DNA from: an uncultured Peptococcaceae bacterium
GTDB lineage: Bacteria > Bacillota > Peptococcia > DRI-13
Reading direction: 5' to 3'
DNA length: 64,000 nucleotides
Assembly: GCA_964637385.1 (NCBI GenBank)
Contig: CAZWTM010000002.1
Location: 30,150-94,149, forward strand
Positions 41,779-50,143 of this stretch are shown here, one piece after another. The position numbers were made by a program, and so were the translations under genes. Below the pieces are notes generated by a model. That model worked only from the letters and a program-made list of their open reading frames with translations. It ran no database searches and was not told the DNA's origin. The stretch's first letter is position 1. Each line of letters opens with the position of its first letter.

Positions 41779-43047
41779 ATGCATACCAACGATTTTGTCA
41801 AAATACAACTGGATAATGGCGTTCGCATTGTTACGGAAAAAGTGCCGTCTGTAAGGTCTGTAGCCCTTGGCATTTGGGTAGGGGCTGGTTCCCGTCATGA
41901 AAATGAAAAAATAGCTGGTATTTCCCATTTTATCGAACACCTGATGTTTAAAGGAACAGAGAACCGTTCGGCAACTGATATTGCGGAAGCGCTGGATGCA
42001 GTAGGTGGACAACTTAACGCCTTTACCACCAAAGAATTCACGTGCTATTATGCTAAAATATTAGACGAACATTTTGATTTAGCCCTTGATGTGTTGAGTG
42101 ATATGTTTTTTAACTCTACTTTTACGGAAAAGGCCATTGAAAAAGAGCGGGGAGTTATCGAAGAAGAAATAAAGATGTATGAAGACACTCCTGATGAACT
42201 TATTCACGATTTATTTGTACAAACGGCCTGGCCCGATCATCCCCTGGGAAAACCTATACTGGGTACCGTGCGTTCACTGGAAGCCATTACCCGAAATGAT
42301 ATTATCAACTATATTGACAGGCATTATACCGCAAACAACATTGTAGTGGCCGTAGCTGGGAATATAGACCATCAAATTGTCCAAAACAAGATTGCCAGGA
42401 TTTTTGAGAAAATGAAACCGGCCCCAAAACCGGAGGGCATACTTCCCCCCAGTACTACCAATGCTGATACTTCCAACATTTCCAGAGATACGGGACAGGT
42501 CCAGATCTGTCTGGGAACGGGCGGACTGCCCCAGGGTGATGAAAGAATATACAGCGTGTATATCCTGAATAATGTATTGGGTGGCGGTTTATCGTCGCGC
42601 CTGGTACAGTCCATTCGTGAAGAAAGAGGTTTAGCTTATTCCGTTTATAGTTATCATTCAGCCTTCTGTGATACAGGTTTATTCACTTTTTATGCCGGTA
42701 CAAGCCCGACAAAATATGATGAAGTTATCGGGCTCTTAATTAAAGAAGTTAAGGATATCATGCAAAACGGTATAACAGAAAGAGAACTAAATCGCACCAA
42801 AGAACAAATCAAGGGTAATTTATACTTAGGATTAGAGAGTGTCAGCAGTCGCATGACCAGAATCGGCCGTACTGAACTATGCCTGAATAGAATTATTACG
42901 CCTGAAGAGGTAGTCAAAAAAATATCTGCTGTGACTTTAGATGACGTGAAAGCCATTGCCAACACTTTGTTTAAAGATTATCGCTTTACCCTGAGTACCA
43001 TAGGGCCTTTGGAAAAACCTGTGAACCTGCATAATTTTCTCAGGTAA
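41779..43047 (+). CDS. M16 family zinc peptidase (MlpA/YmxG-like)
   Basis: Inverted zinc motif HxxEH (HFIEHLMFKGT). 422 aa. Syntenic with B. subtilis mlpA. Confidence 0.88.
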   Translation: MHTNDFVKIQLDNGVRIVTEKVPSVRSVALGIWVGAGSRHENEKIAGISHFIEHLMFKGTENRSATDIAEALDAVGGQLNAFTTKEFTCYYAKILDEHFDLALDVLSDMFFNSTFTEKAIEKERGVIEEEIKMYEDTPDELIHDLFVQTAWPDHPLGKPILGTVRSLEAITRNDIINYIDRHYTANNIVVAVAGNIDHQIVQNKIARIFEKMKPAPKPEGILPPSTTNADTSNISRDTGQVQICLGTGGLPQGDERIYSVYILNNVLGGGLSSRLVQSIREERGLAYSVYSYHSAFCDTGLFTFYAGTSPTKYDEVIGLLIKEVKDIMQNGITERELNRTKEQIKGNLYLGLESVSSRMTRIGRTELCLNRIITPEEVVKKISAVTLDDVKAIANTLFKDYRFTLSTIGPLEKPVNLHNFLR

Positions 43048-43066
43048 AAGGGGAGAAGAAGAGAAG

Positions 43067-43432
43067 TTGGAGAAGGATAAACTGAATGCCATTTTTGCAG
43101 AACAGGCAAACTTTGACCAAAAAGTAATAGAAGGACGGAAGCTTAATTTTGACCTGGAAACATGGTTACAAAAAGAATGTATGGCCATTAATGTAGAAGT
43201 GGCAGAATTGCTCAATGAAATCAATTATAAGTGGTGGAAAAATCGTAAAGAGATTGACTTAGACGCAGTGAAAGAGGAACTGGTGGACATTTTACATTTC
43301 CTTATCAGCATGTGTATTAAAACGGGCATGACTGCCGATGAGCTCTATGCCAGGTATATGGCCAAGAACAAAGAAAATCACCGCAGACAGGATGGAACCT
43401 CCAGCAAAACAGGATATGAAATGAAGAAGTAA
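43067..43432 (+). CDS. All-alpha NTP pyrophosphohydrolase, dimeric dUTPase (dUTPase_2/MazG-like) family
   Basis: 121 aa with a TTG start. EVAELLNEINYKWWK and EELVDILHFLISM acidic helices are typical of the family. The call is from pattern memory. Confidence 0.6.
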   Translation: MEKDKLNAIFAEQANFDQKVIEGRKLNFDLETWLQKECMAINVEVAELLNEINYKWWKNRKEIDLDAVKEELVDILHFLISMCIKTGMTADELYARYMAKNKENHRRQDGTSSKTGYEMKK

Positions 43433-43456
43433 GGAGTTTATCCTTACTTTTTTATT
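43430..43456 (+). terminator. Rho-independent terminator after the dUTPase-like gene
   Basis: GTAAGGA / TCCTTAC stem followed by TTTTTTATT. Confidence 0.75.
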
Positions 43457-43526
43457 ACGAGTAGGAAAGTATATTCCTCCTTAATGTATTACTTTTCGTT
43501 ACGAGTAACAAAAAAGCATCCTTGGT

Positions 43527-43547
43527 GCATTGTTAAATGCTTTTTTT
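43527..43547 (+). terminator. Second short hairpin with a T7 run
   Basis: GCATT GTTA AATGC followed by TTTTTTT. It is flanked upstream by an A-run, so it could act in both directions. Confidence 0.45.
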
Positions 43548-43606
43548 ATTTCTATCATGATGAGAGACTAGTCTGCATATTATTCTAAATAGAGGAGGGG
43601 ATATTT

Positions 43607-43933
43607 ATGTTGGTGAAAGGGATACTCATTCTGGTTTTTATTGGTCTTATTGCCTGGGCTGTACGCACAAGAGTTAAGCTGAAAAAGACCCGCGGTGCGG
43701 AAAATATGGAAAGCACAGTAGCCTCACCGGCTTCTATAGCCCTAGGGGAACTGGTGGCCATAGCTGGGGGAATTTACCTGTCTTTGGTGCTTCTTACTTC
43801 TTTTTTAAAACTGTCGCTACCGGAAAAAGTTTGCTTTTATGATAACCTCCTGATTGACCCCCTTGCCCTGGTGGCTATTATCATCGCTATTTTACAACCA
43901 CTTTTTTTGAGTCTGCTGCGTAGATTTAACTAG
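43607..43933 (+). CDS. Hypothetical small membrane protein (108 aa, about 3 TM)
   Basis: Strong RBS AGAGGAGGGG. Hydrophobic helices. No family recognised. Confidence 0.55.
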   Translation: MLVKGILILVFIGLIAWAVRTRVKLKKTRGAENMESTVASPASIALGELVAIAGGIYLSLVLLTSFLKLSLPEKVCFYDNLLIDPLALVAIIIAILQPLFLSLLRRFN

Positions 43934-43961
43934 AGTGCTGAAACTGAATGGAGTGAGTGTC

Positions 43962-44237
43962 GTGAACTATGTCAGACTAACTGAACTGATCGGTAAAGAT
44001 ATTGTAAATATCCAAAACGGAGCCAGGCTGGGGACGGTAGCCGATTCTGACTTAGTCATCCATGCTGAAACCGGCAATATTGAATCCATTATTTTGCCCA
44101 GTAAAGGCGGCCTTTTAAATCTCTGGGATAAAAACAACCTGACCATACCCTGGGAAGCTGTTCGCAAAATAGGTTCTGAGGTCATTATCGTGGAACTGGA
44201 TGAATCTCATATGCGCTATAAAAAATATCCTTATTAG
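43962..44237 (+). CDS. ymxH: YlmC/YmxH family PRC-barrel sporulation protein
   Basis: RLTELIGKDIVNIQNGARLGTV...D..I....G.I.SIILP pattern. Syntenic with B. subtilis ymxH. The ORF opens at GTG 43935, and the in-frame GTG at 43962 has a GGAG 8 nt upstream. Confidence 0.75.
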   Translation: MNYVRLTELIGKDIVNIQNGARLGTVADSDLVIHAETGNIESIILPSKGGLLNLWDKNNLTIPWEAVRKIGSEVIIVELDESHMRYKKYPY

Positions 44238-44252
44238 CACTTATTAATTTTA

Positions 44253-44281
44253 TTGACACATTTGACATACTATTATAAAAT
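44253..44281 (+). promoter_or_regulatory. Candidate sigma-A promoter for the lysine-riboswitch leader
   Basis: TTGACA, 17-nt spacer, TAAAAT, about 37 nt upstream of the aptamer P1 helix. Confidence 0.55.
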
Positions 44282-44317
44282 ACACAATAAAACTAAATAT
44301 TATACCTCACTCAAAAG

Positions 44318-44499
44318 AGTGGGGTAGGGGCGCGGATTGTTAAGAGTAGGCCAGGGAGTGGGGACATGATGAACGGGCTGAAAGGGACATCCGCCGAAGT
44401 GTAGACGACTAATCCAGGTCTCTATGCTGGGCCTGCATTGAAGAAATGCAGGACTGTCATCTGATAAGGGCCCGTTATCAGGTGGAGCACTATCTCACT
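44318..44499 (+). promoter_or_regulatory. Lysine riboswitch (L-box) aptamer
   Basis: All conserved L-box blocks appear in order: AGGGGCGCG, AAGAGTAGGCC, GGGCTGAAAGGG, CCGCCGAAG, CTGGGCCTGCATTGAAGAAATGCAGGACTGTCA and GGTGGAGCACTATCT. P1 closes between 44318-44327 and 44490-44499. Confidence 0.9.
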
Positions 44500-44531
44500 A
44501 TGGGCAGAGGAAGGAGGTACTGTAGCTTTTT

Positions 44532-44567
44532 ACAGCTAGAGGTAGACCCTTTAGCTGTTTATTTTTT
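44532..44567 (+). terminator. Expression-platform terminator of the lysine riboswitch
   Basis: ACAGCTA / TAGCTGT stem followed by TTATTTTTT. An upstream TAGCT (44523-44527) can pair instead with AGCTA (44534-44538). Confidence 0.7.
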
Positions 44568-44632
44568 GGTAGCACACATTACTGCTGCCGCATATACTGC
44601 TCTTAGTCGAACGTCTCTTTGACAGGAAGGTC

Positions 44633-44644
44633 CTCATCGATGAG
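44633..44644. repeat. 12-bp perfect palindrome CTCATCGATGAG (copy 1 of the motif bracketing dapB)
   Basis: Read directly from the sequence. The 14-nt string CTCATCGATGAGTA is identical to 45506-45519. Confidence 0.9.
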
Positions 44645-44695
44645 TACCTAACTGTTTGCTCAATCCATATTTAGAGAAAAGGTGAGGTGGCTTTA

Positions 44696-45484
44696 ATGAG
44701 CATGATTAAAACAGTGGTAGTTGGGGCCTGTGGCAAGATGGGGCAGGAGGTCATCAGGGGTATCCATAAAACTGGCGATATACAAATTGTTGGTGCTTGT
44801 GATGTACAAAATGTAGGGAAAGAACTGGGAGAGTTAATCGGTTTAAAACCCCTGGGAATTCAGGTAAATGATGATCTTCTGTCCATTATTGAAAATACAA
44901 AGCCTGATGTTATGATCGACTTTACTCATAAAGAGGCGGCAAAAAAAAATATTGCACTCGCCTTAAATCAGGGTATTGCTGTTGTGGTAGGAACCACAGG
45001 GTTTTCTAAAGAAGAAATACATGAGATTGAGGTCTTGGCTAAGGCCAAAAACACGGGGGTCTTTTTAGCGCCTAATTTCTCGTTAGGGGCTGTGATTATG
45101 ATAAAATGGGCTAAAGAAGCCGCCAGGTATTTTTCTCAGGCGGAAATTATTGAGTATCACAACAATACAAAAATTGACAGTCCTTCGGGTACAGCCATTG
45201 CTACAGCTTGTGCCATGCAATACAGCAATTCCCGCACAGGTGAAAGCAGTGGAACAGGCAATTCTAGCCGCGGTGAGCAATTTTATGGTGTCAACATTCA
45301 TAGTGTTCGCTTAAAAAGCCTGGTAGCCCATCAGGAAGTATTATTTGCGGGGAATGGTGAACTTCTAACGATACGGCACGATTCATTTTCCAGGGAATCA
45401 TTTATACCCGGTATTCTTTTGGCAGTTAGAAAAGTAAGAGATTTTAAGGGACTTAAAGTGGGGCTGGAGAATATCCTGGATTAA
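44696..45484 (+). CDS. dapB: 4-hydroxy-tetrahydrodipicolinate reductase
   Basis: VVVGACGKMG NAD(P) motif and EIIEYHNNTKIDSPSGTA (E-x-H-H/N-x-x-K-x-D-x-PSGTA). The ATG at 44696 lies inside the ORF that opens at 44687. Confidence 0.9.
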   Translation: MSMIKTVVVGACGKMGQEVIRGIHKTGDIQIVGACDVQNVGKELGELIGLKPLGIQVNDDLLSIIENTKPDVMIDFTHKEAAKKNIALALNQGIAVVVGTTGFSKEEIHEIEVLAKAKNTGVFLAPNFSLGAVIMIKWAKEAARYFSQAEIIEYHNNTKIDSPSGTAIATACAMQYSNSRTGESSGTGNSSRGEQFYGVNIHSVRLKSLVAHQEVLFAGNGELLTIRHDSFSRESFIPGILLAVRKVRDFKGLKVGLENILD

Positions 45485-45502
45485 GTAGCTTTACTGCAAT
45501 CG

Positions 45503-45520
45503 CTACTCATCGATGAGTAG
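45503..45520. repeat. 18-bp perfect palindrome CTACTCATCGATGAGTAG just after dapB (copy 2)
   Basis: Read directly from the sequence. It begins 19 nt downstream of the dapB stop and is followed by TTT. Confidence 0.9.
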
Positions 45521-45599
45521 TTTAACTATATCGAATAATTCATACTGTTTTTTATAACCATAATATTTACATCTGTCCTCCCATAATAGACATTTGTCC

Positions 45600-45627
45600 T
45601 TGACATATGCACGAAGGGTGATAAAAT
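45600..45627 (+). promoter_or_regulatory. Candidate sigma-A promoter of asd
   Basis: TTGACA, 16-nt spacer ending in TGA (extended -10), TAAAAT. Confidence 0.55.
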
Positions 45628-45733
45628 AGTAGTTAATTATCAAAACCTACATAAGATTGTAAGCAGTCGGCCTTCTGCATATGTCAATCTTTCAGGAAAT
45701 ATTTGAAAAATACTTAATAATGGAGGTATGCAT

Positions 45734-46756
45734 ATGAAGAAATTAAATATAGCACTTGTAGGCGCCACCGGTGCTGTTGGTACTGAAATATTGAGAATCT
45801 TAGAAAACAGGCCTTATATACAAAATATAAAATTGTTTGCGACGGAACGTTCTAAAGGGACAAAAATTCTTTTTCAGGGGCAAGAACATCAGGTTGAGAC
45901 TATCACGGCTCAGGCTTTTAAGGGCGTGGACGTGGCACTATTTGCTGGCGGAAAAGCAAGTCAGGAGTATGCCTATGAAGCCCTCCGGCAAGGCGCGGTA
46001 GTCATCGACAACAGCAGCACCTACCGGTTACATGAGGATGTTCCGCTGGTAATACCCGAAATAAACCCCCATGCTTTACACAATCATAAAGGGCTTATCG
46101 CTAATCCCAATTGTTCAACGATTATCATGTGTATGGCCTTAAAACCCCTCCATAACATCTCTCCAATCAGACGTATCGTTGTGTCTACTTATCAAGCTGT
46201 TTCGGGAGCGGGAAAAGAGGGCATTGAGGAGTTATATGAACAGATAAATGATTCTTCCTCCATCCGGCCCAAAGTATTCCCTCATCAAATCGCTTATAAC
46301 CTGATACCTCATATAGATGTGTTTCAGGATAATGGATTTACCAAAGAAGAAATGAAAATGGTAAAAGAAACCCATAAAATTATGGAGGATAAAAATATTG
46401 CCATCACAGCCACCACGGTCCGGGTTCCGGTAATTAGAAGCCACTCCGAATCCATTTATATTGAAACAGAGGAAAAAATACCGCTACCCGTTGCCAGAAA
46501 AGCTCTGGCCGAAAGTCCCGGCGTTATTTTAATGGATGAACCCCATAAGAATATCTATCCTATGCCCCTTCAGACTTCAGGTCATGATGAAGTATTTGTT
46601 GGCCGCCTGAGAGAGGATATCTATCATCCCCGGGGCTTAAACATGTGGGTTGTAGGTGATCAGCTGCGCAAGGGTGCGGCTACCAATGCAGTGCAAATTC
46701 TTGATGAATTACTAAAAAGAAATCTTCTTTACAGCAGCCATTACCTCTGCGGATAA
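45734..46756 (+). CDS. asd: Aspartate-semialdehyde dehydrogenase
   Basis: VGATGAVG NADP motif, the active-site NPNCSTI, and QAVSGAG. The GGAGG RBS fits the ATG at 45734. Confidence 0.93.
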   Translation: MKKLNIALVGATGAVGTEILRILENRPYIQNIKLFATERSKGTKILFQGQEHQVETITAQAFKGVDVALFAGGKASQEYAYEALRQGAVVIDNSSTYRLHEDVPLVIPEINPHALHNHKGLIANPNCSTIIMCMALKPLHNISPIRRIVVSTYQAVSGAGKEGIEELYEQINDSSSIRPKVFPHQIAYNLIPHIDVFQDNGFTKEEMKMVKETHKIMEDKNIAITATTVRVPVIRSHSESIYIETEEKIPLPVARKALAESPGVILMDEPHKNIYPMPLQTSGHDEVFVGRLREDIYHPRGLNMWVVGDQLRKGAATNAVQILDELLKRNLLYSSHYLCG

Positions 46757-46770
46757 ATAGTTAAATATCA

Positions 46771-46810
46771 AGAGAGGCCATGAGCATTCGCTATCAGCCT
46801 CTCTTTTTGT
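46771..46810 (+). terminator. Rho-independent terminator after asd
   Basis: AGAGAGGC / GCCTCTCT stem followed by TTTTTG. Confidence 0.8.
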
Positions 46811-46917
46811 TATTCGTTAATATGAACGTGCTTCTTTTCTCTGTATGGAAGACTGCTATTCAGGAAATAATAGTAAAAAAGCATTTCAGGTTTCCTCATT
46901 CCCTATCAGGATATCTC

Positions 46918-46946
46918 TTGTACCCAGGTTTAAAATATCTTATAAT
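46918..46946 (+). promoter_or_regulatory. Candidate sigma-A promoter of the rnj leader
   Basis: TTGTAC, 17-nt spacer, consensus TATAAT. Confidence 0.55.
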
Positions 46947-46992
46947 ACACATGTAAGATAGGGGACGGTTTGTTTTATCTCATTTGAATGAT

Positions 46993-47033
46993 AAAACCTT
47001 CTGTACGGGACGGGTGGGAGAAGGTTTTTTTTT
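46993..47033 (+). terminator. Intrinsic terminator inside the rnj 5' leader (attenuator)
   Basis: AAAACCTTCT / AGAAGGTTTT 10-bp stem with a 16-nt loop, followed by a long T-run. It ends about 15 nt before the rnj RBS. Confidence 0.7.
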
Positions 47034-47059
47034 ATGCAATAACAAAAAGGAGGTCTGCA

Positions 47060-48727
47060 ATGCCAGAAAACGAAAATAAACTTATCTTGATACCATTGGG
47101 TGGTTTAGGGGAAATCGGTAATAACATGATGGTTTTGCGCTACAACAACGAAATTATTGTTGTCGATGCAGGTCTCATGTTTCCGGAAGATGAAATGTTG
47201 GGAATTGATATTGTCATTCCTGATACCACGTATCTTGTGGAAAACAAAGAAATGATAAAAGGAATTATTTTGACACATGGACATGAAGACCATATTGGGG
47301 CCATGCCCTATGTCTTAAAAGAGATCAATGTTCCTGTGTACGGTACCAAATTAACCTTAGGCCTGTTACAGGCCAAATTAAAAGAGAACAATGTAGCCAA
47401 TGCCAAACTCCTTCCTATTCGTCCCAGAGAATCTGTGAAACTTGGTGAATACTTTACAGCCGAATTTTTTAAGGTAAGTCACAGTATACCTGACGCCATC
47501 GGCGCTGCTTTTCACACACCAGAAGGTATAGTGCTACACACCGGTGATTTTAAATTGGACCAAACTCCCGTCGACGGTGCCGTCACTGACTTCGCACGTA
47601 TTGCCGAACTGAGCCAAAAAGGCATACTAGTAATGCTTTCCGATAGTACCAACGTGGAAAGACCAGGGTTTACCATGTCTGAACGTGTAGTGGGGCAAAC
47701 TTTCGAAGAGACTTTTCGCCAGGCCAGGGAGCGAATTATTATCGCCACTTTCGCCTCAAATGTCCACCGTATCCAGCAAGCCATCAATGCAGCCTATAAG
47801 TATAACAGAAAGATTGCCATCGCCGGACGGAGCATGGTCAACGTTGTAACCATTGCCCAGGAAACAGGTTATCTGGATATCCCGGAGGATACGTTAATCG
47901 AACTGGATGATATCTCTTCCTATCCGCGCAATAGAGTTGTGATCTTAACTACGGGAAGCCAGGGGGAACCTATGTCGGCCCTTACACGTATGGCTATGTC
48001 TGATCACCGTAGAGTGGAAATAGTACCAGGCGACACCGTTATTATCTCGGCAACGCCCATACCGGGCAATGAAAAACTGGTCGCAAGAACTATAAACCAG
48101 CTTTTCCGCCAGGGTGCAGAGGTTATTTATGAAGCGGTCAGCGGCATCCATGTTTCAGGTCATGCTAGCCAGGAAGAATTAAAACTAATGTTAAACCTGG
48201 TTAAACCTAAATTTTTTGTTCCTGTCCACGGTGAGTACCGCCACCTGGTCAAACACTCCCATTTGGCCCAAGCTGTCGGTATTCCTAAAGAAAACATCTT
48301 TGTGGTGGAAAATGGTCAGGTTTTAGAATTTACAAAGCAAAAAGGGGCTATTTCCGGTAGAGTTACTGCGGGAAGGGTTTTAATTGACGGACTGGGAGTG
48401 GGTGACGTAGGCAATATCGTTTTACGTGACAGAAAACAACTCTCCCAGGATGGAATCTTGATTATCGTTGTGACCATCAACAAGGAAGAAAATTTAGTTG
48501 TGGCCGGTCCTGATATTGTTTCCCGCGGTTTCGTCTATGTGAGAGAATCGGAAGAATTGATGGAAGAAGCAAAAGAGAAAGTGAAAGGTGTACTGGACAA
48601 ATGTTTCGAAAAACGTATTACAGACTGGTCCACCATTAAATCACAAATTAGAGATACTTTAGGCAAATTCCTATATGAAAAAATGAGACGTCGTCCCATG
48701 ATTATCCCTATCATTATGGAAATTTAA
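47060..48727 (+). CDS. rnj: Ribonuclease J
   Basis: IPLGGLGEIGNNM, the metallo-beta-lactamase motif HGHEDHIG, a beta-CASP region and a C-terminal domain. The ATG at 47060 follows an AAAGGAGG RBS. The upstream part of the ORF-track ORF crosses the leader terminator. Confidence 0.93.
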   Translation: MPENENKLILIPLGGLGEIGNNMMVLRYNNEIIVVDAGLMFPEDEMLGIDIVIPDTTYLVENKEMIKGIILTHGHEDHIGAMPYVLKEINVPVYGTKLTLGLLQAKLKENNVANAKLLPIRPRESVKLGEYFTAEFFKVSHSIPDAIGAAFHTPEGIVLHTGDFKLDQTPVDGAVTDFARIAELSQKGILVMLSDSTNVERPGFTMSERVVGQTFEETFRQARERIIIATFASNVHRIQQAINAAYKYNRKIAIAGRSMVNVVTIAQETGYLDIPEDTLIELDDISSYPRNRVVILTTGSQGEPMSALTRMAMSDHRRVEIVPGDTVIISATPIPGNEKLVARTINQLFRQGAEVIYEAVSGIHVSGHASQEELKLMLNLVKPKFFVPVHGEYRHLVKHSHLAQAVGIPKENIFVVENGQVLEFTKQKGAISGRVTAGRVLIDGLGVGDVGNIVLRDRKQLSQDGILIIVVTINKEENLVVAGPDIVSRGFVYVRESEELMEEAKEKVKGVLDKCFEKRITDWSTIKSQIRDTLGKFLYEKMRRRPMIIPIIMEI

Positions 48728-48736
48728 ACACTATCA

Positions 48737-48766
48737 AATGCGTCCTCCGGGACGCATTTTTTCTTT
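48737..48766 (+). terminator. Rho-independent terminator after rnj
   Basis: AATGCGTCC / GGACGCATT stem with a TCCG loop, followed by TTTTTC. Confidence 0.85.
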
Positions 48767-48804
48767 TATTTATACAAATGATATTTTTAGCCTAAGTAAG
48801 GAGT

Positions 48805-49596
48805 GTGATCATCCTTTTGGTCAAATATCACCCGTTAAAACCAAAAAAAATTGGCGATGATGCCCCTGCCAGTCAGTTTTATGAAAATACTGCCTTCATC
48901 ACGAGACCGGAAGATAAAGTGGAAAACAAAGAAATTGAAAACATCAAAGAACTGGGGGTTACTCAGGTACCAGAAGCTGCCCCGACCAATATCCATTGTC
49001 TTACCATTGTGGGCCAGGTAGAAGGGCACATGATTCTCCCACCGCAAAACAAAACTACCAAGTATGAGCATGTAATCCCGCAGTTAGTGGCTGTTGAACA
49101 AAACCCGCAAATCGACGGTATGTTAGTTATCCTCAATACGGTGGGCGGAGATGTAGAAGCGGGGTTGGCCATAGCTGAAATGATTGACGGTTTATCGAAA
49201 CCCACTGTTTCCATTGTCCTGGGAGGCGGGCACAGTATAGGTGTGCCCATTGCAGTCTCTGCTGATTATTCTTTCATTGCCGAAACCGCCACCATGACGA
49301 TTCACCCTATCCGTCTTAACGGTTTAGTCATTGGTGTACCCCAGACCTATGAATATTTAGATAAAATGCAGGACCGTGTCATCAAGTTTATTGAAAAACA
49401 TTCCAAGATAAGTGACAGCAAAATACGTGAACTGATGTTTCGTACCGGCGAACTGGCCAGGGATATAGGTACTGTGCTGGTGGGGAAGGACGCTGTTGAA
49501 GTAGGATTAATTGATGAAATAGGCAGTTTATCTCAGGCTGTCAAAAAGTTAAACGAATTAATTAAGGAAAAAAATCAAAGGAGACAATTACAATGA
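48805..49596 (+). CDS. tepA: ClpP-fold protein, TepA-like (translocation-enhancing protein)
   Basis: ClpP-like core ([25 protein letters not shown]). Syntenic with B. subtilis tepA after rnjB. The exact start is uncertain (GTG 48805 or TTG 48817). Confidence 0.75.
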   Translation: MIILLVKYHPLKPKKIGDDAPASQFYENTAFITRPEDKVENKEIENIKELGVTQVPEAAPTNIHCLTIVGQVEGHMILPPQNKTTKYEHVIPQLVAVEQNPQIDGMLVILNTVGGDVEAGLAIAEMIDGLSKPTVSIVLGGGHSIGVPIAVSADYSFIAETATMTIHPIRLNGLVIGVPQTYEYLDKMQDRVIKFIEKHSKISDSKIRELMFRTGELARDIGTVLVGKDAVEVGLIDEIGSLSQAVKKLNELIKEKNQRRQLQ

Positions 49597-49829
49597 TTCT
49601 TTATACGCCTATTCCCCCTGAGGTTATCTGGCAAACCGTAAATGAAAAAACACAACAGGGATTAGAAGAAGTGGTAATTGATAATATCCAGATACAAGTA
49701 TCAAGGACTGAGCATAATCAGATCAGGATTGAAAGAATCCTAAGCACCAATCCTCAAATATATCTGGATAAACGCTTTCAGCCCGGCATGTCAGTGCTCC
49801 TTGAACCAGTGCTAAAAAAAGGCATTTAA
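49593..49829 (+). CDS. ylzJ: YlzJ-like small protein
   Basis: 78 aa with a 4-nt overlap with tepA, in the same position as B. subtilis ylzJ. Confidence 0.55.
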   Translation: MILYTPIPPEVIWQTVNEKTQQGLEEVVIDNIQIQVSRTEHNQIRIERILSTNPQIYLDKRFQPGMSVLLEPVLKKGI

Positions 49830-49857
49830 AAACCTCGATTTATTTCGAGGTTTTTTA
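49829..49857 (+). terminator. Rho-independent terminator after ylzJ
   Basis: AAACCTCGA / TCGAGGTTT stem followed by TTTTAG. Confidence 0.85.
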
Positions 49858-50143
49858 GTATCTAGGAAAGTATTTCTTTCCTGGACAGTGGTGTTAGGCG
49901 ACGAAGTCCCTTAAGCTTAGATAAGGAGGTTAACAGCGGAGCGTCATATGGAACACATGGATTCCCTTTGAAAGAACAAAAGCACAACAATTAATTTAGT
50001 GCACGTACGTGCTTTTGTTCTATTTGTTAAGTTTAGCTATGGGCTATTTTTTCGAGTATTAATATGAATTTTCCGGGTAAATTCAGGAAAATCCATTGCT
50101 CAGGGACATGGGGAATAGTACACTTATATATAGAGGTGAAAAT

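Noticed and set aside
43445-43508. Direct repeat TTACTTTTTTATTACGAGTA (43445-43464) / TTACTTTTCGTTACGAGTA (43490-43508) after the dUTPase-like gene.
   Set aside because: It is short, AT-rich and overlaps the terminator tail. It is most simply a local duplication of the terminator-distal sequence, and I see no coding or structural consequence.
49947-49970. 7-codon mini-ORF (MEHMDSL) downstream of an AAGGAGG in the ylzJ-ftsK spacer, considered as a leader peptide.
   Set aside because: The SD-to-ATG spacing is about 18 nt, which is too long, and the peptide has no regulatory codon pattern. The region is kept only as part of the structured-spacer finding.
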